Origin: an uncultured Actinomycetes bacterium
GTDB lineage: Bacteria > Actinomycetota > Thermoleophilia > UBA2241
NCBI GenBank assembly: GCA_963709345.1
Contig: CAVPVX010000004.1
Span: 160,001 to 224,000, forward strand
Length of the DNA: 64,000 bases
Reading direction: 5' to 3'
A model generated the notes under the pieces. It had not been told where the DNA came from. It saw nothing but the letters and a program-made list of their open reading frames with translations, and searched no databases. A program made the position numbers and the translations under genes. Shown piece after piece: positions 39,256-49,723 of the stretch (position 1 is its first letter; each line of letters starts with the position of its first letter).

Positions 39256-41040
39256 ATGGAGAGACGAGTCTGGCGCTGGTCGCAGCTCAAGCTCCCGCGG
39301 CTGCCTGCACGCGACTGGCTGCCACGCTACGAGCGGCGCTGGCTGGGGCCCGACATCGTCGCGGCGGCCGCGGTCTGGGCCGTGCTCGTTCCCGAAGGCA
39401 TGGCCTACGCTTCGCTCGCCGGTCTGCCGCCGGCGACAGGTCTGTTCGCCGCTCTTGTGCCGCTGCTGGCGTATGCCGCTCTCGGCACGTGCCGTCAACT
39501 GACGGTCGGCCCCAGTTCGGCCGTCGCGGCCTTCTCCGCCGCCGCCGTGGCGCCGGTCGCGGCCGGCGACACGGCGCGGTTCATCGCCCTGTCGGCGCTG
39601 CTGGCCCTCCTGGTCGGTGCGCTTCTCCTCGTCGCCGGGCTCGCCCGGGCGGGGTTCATCGCCGACTTCTTCGCCCGCCCGGTGCTGACGGGGTTCATCG
39701 CCGGTCTGGCGCTCGTGATCGCCGCGGGGCAGGTCGCCAAGATACTCGGCGTCGAGGGCGGCGGCACCGGCTTCATCGGCAAGCTCGAGGTGCTGGTGCG
39801 GGAGCTCGGCTCGACCAATCTGATCTCGCTGGCGCTGGGGGCCGCTTCTCTGGCGCTGATCTTCGCGCTGCGCCACGTCGCGCCCAAGGTGCCCGCGATG
39901 CTGGTCGCCGTCGTGCTGGGCATCGTCGCCGTGTCCCTCCTCGGGCTTCAGGAACAGGGCGTCCGGATCGTCGGGGACATCCCAGCCGGCCTGCCCCGCC
40001 CAGCCATCCCGAGCTTCGGCATCGGGGATGTGACCGGCTTGCTGCCCGACGCTCTGGCGCTCGCCCTCATCGCCTTCGCTGAGTCGATCGCCGGCGCGCG
40101 CGCGTTCGGCGCGAAGCACGGCTACGAGGTCGACGCCGACCAGGAGCTCGTGGCCCTCGGCGTCGCCAACCTGGGCGCCGGTCTCCTGCAGGGCTTCTCC
40201 GTCGACGCCAGTCTCTCGCGATCGGCCGTGGCGAACGATTCGGGGGTCAAGTCACAGCTCTCCGGCATCATTCTCTTCGTCTTCCTGGTGGTGACGATGC
40301 TCTTGCTGATGCCGCTGTTCCACGATCTGCCCGAGGCGGTCCTCGGGGCCATCGTCATCGCGGCCGTGGCTCATCTTGTCGACATCGGCGCGCTGCGCCG
40401 GCTGCGGAGAGCAGACGGCACCGACTTCCTGCTCGCGCTCCTGTGCCTCACCGGTGTCCTGGTCTTCGGCATCCTCATCGGCCTCGTCATCGCCGTCGTG
40501 GTCTCGCTGCTCGCGCTGGTGGTCCGGGCCTATCGACCCACGAGCGCCGTCCTGGGCAGAGCCCCCGGGGCGCTCGACGACGAGACCCTGCGCTATCGCG
40601 GCGTGGACGACCACCCCGAATACGAGACGTTCCCCGGCCTCGTCATCCTTCGCATAGACGGCGAGCTGTTCTTCGCAAACGCGCGCTGGTTCAGCAAGAC
40701 GGTGCGCTCGCTGATCCGCGAGCAACCGACGCCGGTGCGCGAGGTGCTCGTCCATGCCGGCGCCGTTCCTCATCTCGACACCACCGCAGCGGCGCTGCTC
40801 AAGGAGCTGATCAGGGAGTTGAAGGACATGGACGTCGAGCTGGACTTCGCGCGCGTGACGACGCCCCTGTTCGAGAATCTCGATCTCAACGGCATCGTGG
40901 AACTCGTCGGCCTCGATCGCTTCCACGAGACCGTCGCCGCCGGCGTGGCCGACTACCTCTTGCGCCATCGCGGGGCCGGTGACGTGCAGTGGGAGATAGG
41001 TGAACCCCAGTCGCCTGGCCGCGCTCCTTCGGCGTGGTAG
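39256..41040 (+). CDS. SulP family anion transporter with STAS domain
   Basis: PEGMAYASLAGLP, VGPSS, DQELVALG, LFFANA. Confidence 0.93.
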   Translation: MERRVWRWSQLKLPRLPARDWLPRYERRWLGPDIVAAAAVWAVLVPEGMAYASLAGLPPATGLFAALVPLLAYAALGTCRQLTVGPSSAVAAFSAAAVAPVAAGDTARFIALSALLALLVGALLLVAGLARAGFIADFFARPVLTGFIAGLALVIAAGQVAKILGVEGGGTGFIGKLEVLVRELGSTNLISLALGAASLALIFALRHVAPKVPAMLVAVVLGIVAVSLLGLQEQGVRIVGDIPAGLPRPAIPSFGIGDVTGLLPDALALALIAFAESIAGARAFGAKHGYEVDADQELVALGVANLGAGLLQGFSVDASLSRSAVANDSGVKSQLSGIILFVFLVVTMLLLMPLFHDLPEAVLGAIVIAAVAHLVDIGALRRLRRADGTDFLLALLCLTGVLVFGILIGLVIAVVVSLLALVVRAYRPTSAVLGRAPGALDDETLRYRGVDDHPEYETFPGLVILRIDGELFFANARWFSKTVRSLIREQPTPVREVLVHAGAVPHLDTTAAALLKELIRELKDMDVELDFARVTTPLFENLDLNGIVELVGLDRFHETVAAGVADYLLRHRGAGDVQWEIGEPQSPGRAPSAW

Positions 41041-41301
41041 AGCGGGCGGTGCCGGCCGTCGTCACCGCCCGCAAGCGAGCGATCTTCGACGTGGATCGCG
41101 GAGACGGCCGCCGACTCGAGGCTCCGCGCTCAGCGTGCCGTCTTGCAGGCGCTCGCACGCCGCCTGGCCTCCGCGCGACCCGTTCGAAGCACTCACCTGC
41201 CCCGGCTTGACCAGCGTCAAGAATCCAGACTGCGTCAGTCGGGAATCGTCACAACGATCACCATCTGCCCCACGCGGGCGCCAGCGAGGAACGGAGTCAC
41301 C

Positions 41302-41625
41302 GTGCAGACCATCACCGCCGACTTGCTCCCTGTGGCCGACAACCCTCACGGCGTCGATGTGCGACATCTCCACACCAGCCCCCATGTGGTGGTCTCGCAG
41401 ATCACTCTGGAGCCGGGTGAGGCCGTGAAGCCACACAAAGCGCCGGTCGACGCCTTCTTCTACGTCCTCGAGGGCTCGCCGACGATCGAGATCGAGGGAG
41501 AGACCGTCGTGGCGCCGGCCGGGATGCTGGTCCCCAGCGCGGCCCGGCATCTGCACGCGATCCGCAACCAGGCTGACGCCCGCGCGCGCATCCTGCTCGT
41601 GAAGACGCCGAACCCGAAGCCGTGA
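41302..41625 (+). CDS. Cupin domain protein
   Basis: LEPGE..KPH..PVDAFFYVLEG, HLHAIRN. Confidence 0.85.
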   Translation: MQTITADLLPVADNPHGVDVRHLHTSPHVVVSQITLEPGEAVKPHKAPVDAFFYVLEGSPTIEIEGETVVAPAGMLVPSAARHLHAIRNQADARARILLVKTPNPKP

Positions 41626-41644
41626 CGCGCCGGGCGGGCCGGCG

Positions 41645-41905
41645 CTACAGGCGCACGGCCACGAGCGAGAGCCCCAGCTCCTCTTCGGTCTCGCGCAGCC
41701 GCCCGAGCTGCTCGTCGTCGGGCTCCGCCGGCGCTGCCTGCAGTTGCGGGCCGAGCTCCTCCATCATCTTCTGGAGTCGCTCCTCCCTCTTGGGGTCGAG
41801 CGATCGGCAGGAGAAGGCCACGATGGTCAGACCGAGATCGGCCTCCAGCGCCTTGATCCTCTCGAGCTGATCGTCCGGGATGCTTCTCGCGATGTCGCAC
41901 AGCAT
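41645..41905 (-). CDS. Small two-repeat protein (MLC...AFSC family), 86 aa
   Basis: Strong RBS AAGGAGGA and TACACT -10 upstream; internal repeat 'QL.R....E..LG...VA'; paralogue at 56816. Confidence 0.8.
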   Translation of the reverse strand: MLCDIARSIPDDQLERIKALEADLGLTIVAFSCRSLDPKREERLQKMMEELGPQLQAAPAEPDDEQLGRLRETEEELGLSLVAVRL

Positions 41906-41988
41906 GTGGATCCTCCTTGAGTCCGCCAGGGCGTAGTGTACCCAAGGTCCGGCGATACTGAAGGCGGCGCGCCGTCTCGCTCCTCCGG

Positions 41989-43257
41989 TCAGGCGACGGG
42001 CATGTCGGCGGACGCCTCCTCGGGGGTATCCAAGATGACCTGTTCGTCGCGTGTTCGCCGCGCGATCGCGGCGAACAGGGCGAGGGCGGCGATGCTGGAG
42101 GTGGCGATCACGATCGCCATCGGCAGGCCGCCGACGCCGCCGCCGATTCCGACGAGTGGTGTCGCGAGGGCGCCGAGTCCCAGGCGGAGCGTGCCGAAGT
42201 AGGCTGACGCCGAGCCGGCAACCTCGGGATGCAGCGAGAGCGCCAGAGCGGTCGAGTCGGGGAACACCACCCCGAGGCTCGCGACCAGAAGGAAGAGCGG
42301 GATCGCCAGGGCCACGATGCCGAGGCCGCCGATGAGCGTCACGACCAGGACTGCCGTCCCCGACAGGCTGCCGCCGATGAGGCCCGCCGTGAGGAGCTGC
42401 CGTGGGGAGAAGCGAGCGAGCAGACGGTGGTTCGCCTGGCTCGCGATCAGCATGCCGACCGCGTTGATGGCGAACAGCACGCTGAACTTGACCGGCGAGG
42501 CGCCGTAAAGATCTTGGTAGACGAACGACGAGCCCGCCAGGTAGGCGAAGAAGGCCATGAAGGCGAGGGCGCTGGTGACGGCGTAGCCCATGAAGCCGGG
42601 ATCGCGGGACAGCATCGCCATGGTGCGAAGGGTGGGTCCCGGTCCCGTCGCGGAGCGACGCTCCCGGGGCAGGCTTTCGTCGAGGCCGAAGGTGACACTC
42701 GCGACCAGGGCGATGCCGATACCGGTCAGCACGACGAAGATGCCGCGCCACGAGGTGACGCGGAGAAGCTGGGCGCCGACGAGCGGAGCCACGATCGGCG
42801 CCATGCCGCTCACGAGGGCGAGTCGTGAGAGCAGGCGTGCCGCTTGCCGCCCGCGCGCGTAGTCGGTGACGACCGCGTTGGCGATCACGATGCCGGAGGC
42901 GCCGGCGAACCCTTGGATGAAGCGGACGCCGATCAGCACCTCGACCGACGGCGTGAGGGCGCACGCCAGGGCCGTGGCGGCGAACACGCCGAGGCCGATG
43001 ATCAGGGGGAGTCTCCGGCCGTAGGCGTCGCTCAGCGGTCCCGCAAGCAGCTGACCGAGCGCGAGGCCGGCGAGAAAGGTGGTGACCGTGAGCGCGATCG
43101 CCTGCGTCGTCGCGCCGAGGTCGCTCGCCACCGTGGGAAGCGCGGGCAGATAGAGGTCGGTTGCAAACGGGCCGATGGTGCACAGGGCGCCGAGGATGAC
43201 GATGAGAAGGGTCAGCCGCCGCGGGCTGAAGTCGCTGAGTCGGGAAGCATGATCCAC
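41989..43257 (-). CDS. Bcr/CflA family MFS efflux transporter
   Basis: DLYLPALP, GPLSDAYGRR, many transmembrane segments. Confidence 0.92.
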   Translation of the reverse strand: MDHASRLSDFSPRRLTLLIVILGALCTIGPFATDLYLPALPTVASDLGATTQAIALTVTTFLAGLALGQLLAGPLSDAYGRRLPLIIGLGVFAATALACALTPSVEVLIGVRFIQGFAGASGIVIANAVVTDYARGRQAARLLSRLALVSGMAPIVAPLVGAQLLRVTSWRGIFVVLTGIGIALVASVTFGLDESLPRERRSATGPGPTLRTMAMLSRDPGFMGYAVTSALAFMAFFAYLAGSSFVYQDLYGASPVKFSVLFAINAVGMLIASQANHRLLARFSPRQLLTAGLIGGSLSGTAVLVVTLIGGLGIVALAIPLFLLVASLGVVFPDSTALALSLHPEVAGSASAYFGTLRLGLGALATPLVGIGGGVGGLPMAIVIATSSIAALALFAAIARRTRDEQVILDTPEEASADMPVA

Positions 43258-43431
43258 GCCCGGCAGACTACTCTGCCTCCTGTGTCGCCGCTACCTCGCC
43301 GCGGCCGTTGTACCGTGAGGCGGGCGTCGCGAAGAGGTAGAGTCGGAGGCGCCGCTCCGGGAGAGGGCGGCGACGGAGGGCCGGGAGCGGGGTGGCGCGC
43401 GGCCGTGGCCCCGAGCGACGGAGGTGAAGCG

Positions 43432-44565
43432 GTGCGCATACTCTACGGAGTGGCCGGTGAGGGCATGGGTCACGCGACGCGTTCGCACGCCTTTCTCGCC
43501 GACATCGTCGGCGATCACGAGGTCCTGATCGTCGCATCCGGGCGCGCCTACGACTACCTCGGGCAGCATTTTCCCCAGGTCCGCGAGATCCTCGGGTTCT
43601 CGCTCGCCTACGAGGACAACGCCATCCGCCGCTGGGAGACGGTCGCCCAGAACCTGCGCGGCGCCGTGAGCGGGTGGCCGGCGCAGGTGCGCAGCTTCTA
43701 CGAGGTGGCCCGCGACTTCGATCCGGACGTCGTCGTCAGCGACTTCGAGTCGTTCGTCCTCACCGTCGCCCGACGCGAGCGCGTGCCGGCGATCAGCGTC
43801 GACAACATCATGATGCTGGACCGTTGCCGCCACGACGAGGGCATCATCGGCGGCGACACCCTGGACTTCGAGCTTGCGCGCCAGATCGCGCGGACGAAGG
43901 CCGCGGGCCTGCACCACGCCATCGTGCCGACCTTCTTTCGGCCCCCACTGCGGCGCAAGGCGACCACGCTGGTGGCGCCTGTGCTCAGGGACGCGGTGCT
44001 CGCCGCCGTGGCGGAGCGGGGCGAGCACATCGTGGTGTACCAGACGGCCGCGGGCAGCGAGAGCCTTGTGAAGGCACTTCACGAGACGGGGCTGCCCTGC
44101 CGGCTCTACGGCGTGCGTCGCGACCTCGACGACGATCTTGTCGACGGCGAACTCGTGTACCGACCGTTCAGCGAGCCGGGCTTTCTGCAGGACCTGCGTA
44201 CGGCTCGCGGCGTCATCGCCGGCGGCGGGTTCTCGCTGCTGTCGGAGTGCGTGTACCTGCGCAAGCCGGCGCTGTCCATTCCCGTCACCGGCCAGTTCGA
44301 GCAGACGCTCAACGCGCGCTACCTCGAGCGGCTCGGGTACGGGGAGTACGCGGAGGCGCCGACGCCGCTGGCGATCGGCGCCTTTCTCGAGCGCCTGCCC
44401 CAGCACGAGCAGGCGCTTGCCGGCTATCGGCAGGACGGCAACAGCGAGGCGCTCGCCGCCCTTCGCGAGCAACTCGCGCTGATCGCCCTCGAGCACACAC
44501 ACCGTCGACGCCGCGGCCCACAGGCTTCCGCGCCCCTTGACGGCTCGCCGGGGGCGTCGGCATGA
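43432..44565 (+). CDS. Glycosyltransferase (MJ1255/VC2487-like)
   Basis: RILYGVAGEGMGHATRS, SDFE, GGFSL, GQFEQ. Confidence 0.88.
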   Translation: MRILYGVAGEGMGHATRSHAFLADIVGDHEVLIVASGRAYDYLGQHFPQVREILGFSLAYEDNAIRRWETVAQNLRGAVSGWPAQVRSFYEVARDFDPDVVVSDFESFVLTVARRERVPAISVDNIMMLDRCRHDEGIIGGDTLDFELARQIARTKAAGLHHAIVPTFFRPPLRRKATTLVAPVLRDAVLAAVAERGEHIVVYQTAAGSESLVKALHETGLPCRLYGVRRDLDDDLVDGELVYRPFSEPGFLQDLRTARGVIAGGGFSLLSECVYLRKPALSIPVTGQFEQTLNARYLERLGYGEYAEAPTPLAIGAFLERLPQHEQALAGYRQDGNSEALAALREQLALIALEHTHRRRRGPQASAPLDGSPGASA

Positions 44566-44599
44566 GGCGCGCCGACGCCATGCCGCTTGAGGGAGTAGG

Positions 44600-45298
44600 A
44601 TGACGCTCGCCGTGGCCGTGCCGCTCCTCTGCGTCCTCGCCGTCGTCATGGCTGCCGCCGAGATCGAGATCGAGGGCCCGTACGGGTGGGCGGAGAGGCT
44701 TCCCACGCCCTACCGTGTGAGCGGCCCCTTGGCGCGGCTCTTCGGTCTCCTCCTCGGCGGCAAGCCGCTCACCGGCTACAACCTGTTGCTGTTCGCGGCG
44801 ACGCTCGTCGCCTTCCACCTGCCGTTCGCCTTTGGCGCACCGTGGACGGCGGCGAGCGAGCTCGCGGTGCTTGCCGCCTGGATCGCCTGGAGCGCCGTCT
44901 GGGACTTCCTCTGGTTTCTCCTCAACCCGGCCTACGGCTGGCGTCGCTTCCGGGCGGGCAGCGTGTGGTGGCACAGCCGATGGCTCTGGCGGCTGCCACT
45001 GGACTACTGGGTGGCCGTCATCGCGTCGCTGGTCCTGGCGCTGGCGGCGCAACTTGTCGCCGAGGGCACGCCGGGTGGGGCGGACAGTGCCGGATCCTCC
45101 GGTCCCGGCCCTCTCGCGGCCCAAGCGCTGCTCATCGTCGCCTTCGCCGTCCTCGCCGCCGCCGTCGGCCTGCTCTCGCCGTTCTACCGGAGGCTCCACG
45201 CACACACGCATGCGCCGGCGTTCGACGAGAGGAGCCGGGTGCCCATCACTCCTCCGCCGGGCGAGGCTCGGCCCCAAGACGGCGACGAGGACGGATGA
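44600..45298 (+). CDS. Hypothetical membrane protein
   Basis: Hydrophobic segments, 'EIEIEGPYGWAERLPT', 'DFLWFLLNP'. Confidence 0.75.
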   Translation: MTLAVAVPLLCVLAVVMAAAEIEIEGPYGWAERLPTPYRVSGPLARLFGLLLGGKPLTGYNLLLFAATLVAFHLPFAFGAPWTAASELAVLAAWIAWSAVWDFLWFLLNPAYGWRRFRAGSVWWHSRWLWRLPLDYWVAVIASLVLALAAQLVAEGTPGGADSAGSSGPGPLAAQALLIVAFAVLAAAVGLLSPFYRRLHAHTHAPAFDERSRVPITPPPGEARPQDGDEDG

Positions 45299-45352
45299 CG
45301 CCCGGGATCGCGGCGAATGGCCGCGCCGCTGTCCTCACAGCCGCGCCGCCGG

Positions 45353-45826
45353 TCAGGCCTTCGCGCTCAGGCCTTCGAGCTTCTCATGTAGACGGCGCTG
45401 GTGCTTCTCGGTCTGCTCGCGCAGCGTGTCCACCACTTCGGTGACCTCCGGCGGGTCCCCGTCGTACACGACGAACACCTGCGACTCGATCAGCGAGTCC
45501 TCGAGCTTCAGCGCCACGCGGAATGCCTCCTGCAACGGGAAGCCGGCGGCCGGCGTGATCTGCGCGAGATTCCTCAGCCGCGCCGTGTCCGCCTGCACGT
45601 CGGCCAGATCGTACTCGCGGTTGTCGACGAAGGCGGCCAGGTCGCGGGTCCGGTCGGGCAACGAGCGCAACAGCGCACCGTGACCGTGCTCGTCGCGTGC
45701 GAGGGAGCTCCACAGGTCGCCGACCTCGGGGAACTCCTTGGCGTAGGCGGAATAGAGAGCGCTCATCGCCTCTTCGTGCTCCGCCAGCGCAAGTACGACG
45801 TCGCGGGGATCATCTGTCGCTGCCAT
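45353..45826 (-). CDS. Ferritin/rubrerythrin-like four-helix protein
   Basis: E..MSALY, LARDEHGH, LE, TEKH diiron-like pattern; GGAGG RBS. Confidence 0.7.
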   Translation of the reverse strand: MAATDDPRDVVLALAEHEEAMSALYSAYAKEFPEVGDLWSSLARDEHGHGALLRSLPDRTRDLAAFVDNREYDLADVQADTARLRNLAQITPAAGFPLQEAFRVALKLEDSLIESQVFVVYDGDPPEVTEVVDTLREQTEKHQRRLHEKLEGLSAKA

Positions 45827-45992
45827 CGGGGTACCTCCATGGGCCGGTTGTGATGGGTTCTGAGGGGCCTCTTCCCGCGTCACACAGCGCTCAATCGCGC
45901 GACGTCTGCAGGCCGCGATGCGGTCCGCACGACCGTTCCGCGGAGTGGTTCGGGCTCTTGACACGCTCCGCCGCGGCCTGTAGGCACCATCT

Positions 45993-47234
45993 GTGAACGC
46001 ACCTTCGGACCCGGCCCCAGTCAGCGGCGCGGGCCGCGGCATGAGCCGTGGCCTCATCCTGCTCTTCGCCGTCGCGACCGGGCAGGCAGTGGCGAGCAAC
46101 TACCTGGCGCAGCCGTTGCTGGACACGATTCGCGACCGCTACGGGGTCACGGCGGCGGTCGCGGGACTCATCGTCACGACCGCCCAGATCGGCTACGCGG
46201 CCGGCCTCATCCTGTTGCTGCCGCTGGGCGACCTGTTCGAGCGCCGCCGGCTGATTGTCACGCTGGCGGCGATAACTGTCGCCGGCCTCGCGGCCGCGGC
46301 GGCCGCGCCGACGATCGGCTTCTTCATCGCCGCCGTCGGCGTCGTCGGCCTGACGTCCGTGATGGCGCAGGTCCTCGTTCCCTTCGCCGCGACGCTGTCG
46401 TCCGAGGCCGAGCGCGGCCGCGTGGTGGGCACCGTCATGAGCGGCCTGCTCCTCGGCATCCTGCTGGCGCGCACCTTCTCCGGCCTCGTGGCCGAGGCCG
46501 CCGGCTGGCGCGCCGTCTACGTTCTTGCGGCCGTCCTCATGGCCGCTCAGGCCGTCGTCCTCTATGCCAAGCTGCCGAGCTACCACGAGTCGGCCGGTCT
46601 CTCGTACCCGAAGCTGCTCGCCTCGGTAGCGGCGATCGCGCGCGCCGAGCCGATCCTCCGCCGGCGCTCGCTGTACGGCGCGTTCTCATTCGCCGGTTTC
46701 AGCATCCTGTGGACGACCCTCGCCTTCCTGCTCGCCGGTCCGCGCTACGGCTACGGCGACGGCATCATCGGACTCTTCGGTCTCGTGGGCGCGGCCGGGG
46801 CGCTCACCGCGACCGTCGTCGGCCGCTTCACGGACCGCGGCTGGTCGCGTGGCCTCACCGGCGTCTCGGCTGCGCTCCTCCTCCTCGGCTTCGTGTTGAT
46901 CTGGCTCGGCGAACGTTCGCTGCCGGCGTTGCTGGCCGGGATCGTCATACTGGACGTGGGCGCCAATGGCATCCACATCACCAACCAGAGTGAGATCTAC
47001 CGGCTGCGGCCGCAGGCACGCAGCCGGATCAATGCGTTCTACATGACGTCGTGCTTCGTGGGCGCGGCCGCCGGCTCGGCGATGGCCGCTCTCGTCTACG
47101 AACGCTGGGGATGGACCGGCTCCTGTGTGCTCGGCATCGTGGTCGCCCTGGCTGCGGTCGGCCGCTGGGCGACCGACCGCGAGCGGCCGCTCTCCGAGCG
47201 GGATCCGGTCTGCGAGGCGCCGCCACCGGCGTGA
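45993..47234 (+). CDS. MFS transporter
   Basis: NYLAQPLL, PLGDLFERRRL, GLLLGILLAR. Confidence 0.92.
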   Translation: MNAPSDPAPVSGAGRGMSRGLILLFAVATGQAVASNYLAQPLLDTIRDRYGVTAAVAGLIVTTAQIGYAAGLILLLPLGDLFERRRLIVTLAAITVAGLAAAAAAPTIGFFIAAVGVVGLTSVMAQVLVPFAATLSSEAERGRVVGTVMSGLLLGILLARTFSGLVAEAAGWRAVYVLAAVLMAAQAVVLYAKLPSYHESAGLSYPKLLASVAAIARAEPILRRRSLYGAFSFAGFSILWTTLAFLLAGPRYGYGDGIIGLFGLVGAAGALTATVVGRFTDRGWSRGLTGVSAALLLLGFVLIWLGERSLPALLAGIVILDVGANGIHITNQSEIYRLRPQARSRINAFYMTSCFVGAAAGSAMAALVYERWGWTGSCVLGIVVALAAVGRWATDRERPLSERDPVCEAPPPA

Positions 47235-47292
47235 CGGCCGCCGAGGCCGCTCGCCGCCACCGTCGTCAGTCACGAGAGGGAAGGGACCAGGT

Positions 47293-48087
47293 ATGAGATT
47301 CGTCGACGCGCATCTGCACACCGACATGATCGAGGACGTCCAGCTGCAGAAGCTCGTGATGATGGGCATGGAGGCGGCGGTCATCCCGAGTCCGCACATG
47401 TTCGTCGGCACGCATGACGCGGACACCGTGCTGCTCCTCTGGGAGCGCTTCCTCACGATGGAGGCGACTACCGCGACAACGCTGGGCTACGAGGCCTACA
47501 CATCGATCTCCGTGCCGTTCTTCGGGGTCGGCCGCGCCGACGCCGAGCGCTGCCTCGAGCGCATGCCGGAGTTCCTGGCCAACGACCGCGTCGTCGCCAT
47601 GGGCGAGATCGGGTTGGACACCGACACCGAGTTCGAGGAGTGGCTGTTCCGCGAGCATCTGCGCGTCGCCAAGGAGCACGACCTGCCGGTGATCCTGCAC
47701 ACGCCCATCCGACTGGCGCCGCAGGGGCAGACCGTCACCCCCCGCGTGTTCGAGATCATCAAGGAAGAGGGTTACCCGGTGGAGCGCTGCGTGTTCGACC
47801 ACGCCGGTGAGGAGACCATGGAGTTCCGCATGAGCACCGGCGGCATGGTCGGTCTCAGCATCTGCTGGGACAAGATGCCGCCGGAGGCCGCCGCGCGCAT
47901 CGTCATCGACCACCCCGAGTGGCGCGAGCGCCTGATGATCAACTCCGAGCTCGGCGGCATGGGCAACGACTACTTCATGGTCCCGCGCGTACAACTGGCG
48001 ATGAAGCTCTTCGGCCTGGACAAGGAGACGATCGACCAGGTCTGCTTCCAGACGCCGCGCGACTTCTTCTCGCTGCCGGTCGGCTGA
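47293..48087 (+). CDS. TatD-related amidohydrolase
   Basis: DAHLH, MGEIGLD, ILHTP, FDH, INSE. Confidence 0.85.
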   Translation: MRFVDAHLHTDMIEDVQLQKLVMMGMEAAVIPSPHMFVGTHDADTVLLLWERFLTMEATTATTLGYEAYTSISVPFFGVGRADAERCLERMPEFLANDRVVAMGEIGLDTDTEFEEWLFREHLRVAKEHDLPVILHTPIRLAPQGQTVTPRVFEIIKEEGYPVERCVFDHAGEETMEFRMSTGGMVGLSICWDKMPPEAAARIVIDHPEWRERLMINSELGGMGNDYFMVPRVQLAMKLFGLDKETIDQVCFQTPRDFFSLPVG

Positions 48088-48659
48088 ACGTATCCCGCAC
48101 GGGAGCGAGCTTCCCGGTGAGCCCCCGCACCCGGCGCCGTCTTCGGGTGCGACATAGAAGGACGCCGCCGCCGGCAGCTGACGGTACGTTCTGGCGTCAG
48201 GTCGCCTTCCGGCTTTCGCTCGCGCGTGCTCGACCGGTGGGCCGTCGGCGACAGCGTTCAGGGCGATGAGCATCCGCGCCCCGTGAGGGGCCGCGGGCGT
48301 GCTGAGTGGCGTCACTGTCGTGGGGCGGCGTCACGTCCGCCGACCAGCCGCGGCGCCCCTTTTTACGAAGTGTTCACACTCTCCGCAAGACCGTCGAACA
48401 ACTCCGGGGACACTGAGGTCGCCACCCGGATCGGAGAGGATGTCTCCATATGCTTCGTTACTCCGTCATCGCGTGTGCCGCTCTCGCTGCTCTCGCCCCC
48501 CTCGCGCGAGTCGTGTCCCGCGTCCCGAGCAGGGAAGCCATGCCGCCTCGTCTCCCCGGCAGGGGCCGGCGCGGGGAACGCCCGTGACGATCCTCGAGGA
48601 CGCACGAGGCGGCAAGGGCGGCGCGGGACCGGATCGACCGCTCGCTGTGTCCGCCCGCC

Positions 48660-49682
48660 GTGACTGGCGAGAGGGCGGGAGCCGTGGGCCTGGGCAGGAT
48701 CGGCGTCGGGACGTGGCCGCTGCCCCACGACGGCCTGCGGCTGCCCGGCGCCGGGCGTGACGACTGCAGAATGCGGTCTGTTCTCCAGCGTGCCTTCGAG
48801 ATGGGCATCGACTGGATCGACACCGCGCACAGCTACGACGATGGCGCCGCGGAGGAGGTAGTCGGGCGCTTCGTGTCCGGCCTGCCCGCCGACGTGAGGC
48901 CGATCATCCTCACCAAAGGCGGCGTGGTCAGGGACATGGCGCTCGGCTGGCCGCGACCCGTGGCCGTCCTGCGGCCCTCCGTCATACGGGCGCAGCTGGA
49001 GGCCTCGTTGCGGAGGCTCCGGCGCGAGGCGGCTGATATCTATCTGCTGCATCATCCAGATATGACGGGCGTTCCCGTCGAGGAGTCGTGGGGCGAGGTC
49101 CTCGGGCTCGTCCGGGAGGGCCTCATCGGGATGGCCGGGCTCTGCGGCTTCGTCGAGGACGACGTCCGGCGCTGCGCCGCCGAAGGCGGGATCGATCTCG
49201 TGATGCGGCGTCTGACCCCGTTGTGCCCTGAAGACGGCGCGGCCGACGCCCGTCTCTGTCGGGACCTCGGGGTCGACCTCGTGGTCTGGAGTCCCGGGCA
49301 GACGGGGCGGCTGCTCGATCCCGCCGCCGCCGGCCCGCTGTCCGGAACGCCTCTTGACACGCCTCGAGACAGGCTCAGGGCGCTCTCGGACACCGATATC
49401 GGTCGGGAGCTTGCGCTCACCGCGGCGCTTCGACATGTCGCGGAGCGGCACGGCGTGACGCCCGAGGCAATCGTGGTGGCCTGGCAGCTGTCTCAGGAGG
49501 GCGTGACTGCCGTCGCGTTTGGCGCCTATCAGGCAGCACACGTCGACGCGTGCCTGCCGGGTCTCACGGTCTCGCTCTCCGCAGACGATCTCAGCGAGAT
49601 CGACGATGCTTCCCGGCCGTCACTGGCGATGTGGCGCTCTGCCGCGAGAGAGCCGCCCCGCGACGAGACTCGATCGGTCTAG
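48660..49682 (+). CDS. Aldo/keto reductase (divergent)
   Basis: IGVGTW, IDTAHSY, TKGG, SLRRL, DIYLLHHPD. Confidence 0.8.
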   Translation: MTGERAGAVGLGRIGVGTWPLPHDGLRLPGAGRDDCRMRSVLQRAFEMGIDWIDTAHSYDDGAAEEVVGRFVSGLPADVRPIILTKGGVVRDMALGWPRPVAVLRPSVIRAQLEASLRRLRREAADIYLLHHPDMTGVPVEESWGEVLGLVREGLIGMAGLCGFVEDDVRRCAAEGGIDLVMRRLTPLCPEDGAADARLCRDLGVDLVVWSPGQTGRLLDPAAAGPLSGTPLDTPRDRLRALSDTDIGRELALTAALRHVAERHGVTPEAIVVAWQLSQEGVTAVAFGAYQAAHVDACLPGLTVSLSADDLSEIDDASRPSLAMWRSAAREPPRDETRSV

Positions 49683-49723
49683 GCTCGCTGGACCCGGCCC
49701 GCCTCGGAAGCCGCTCTGGCGAT

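Noticed and set aside
41906-43183. Long N-terminal extension of the 41645 ORF
   Set aside because: It overlaps the MFS gene in another frame; the real start at 41905 has a strong RBS.
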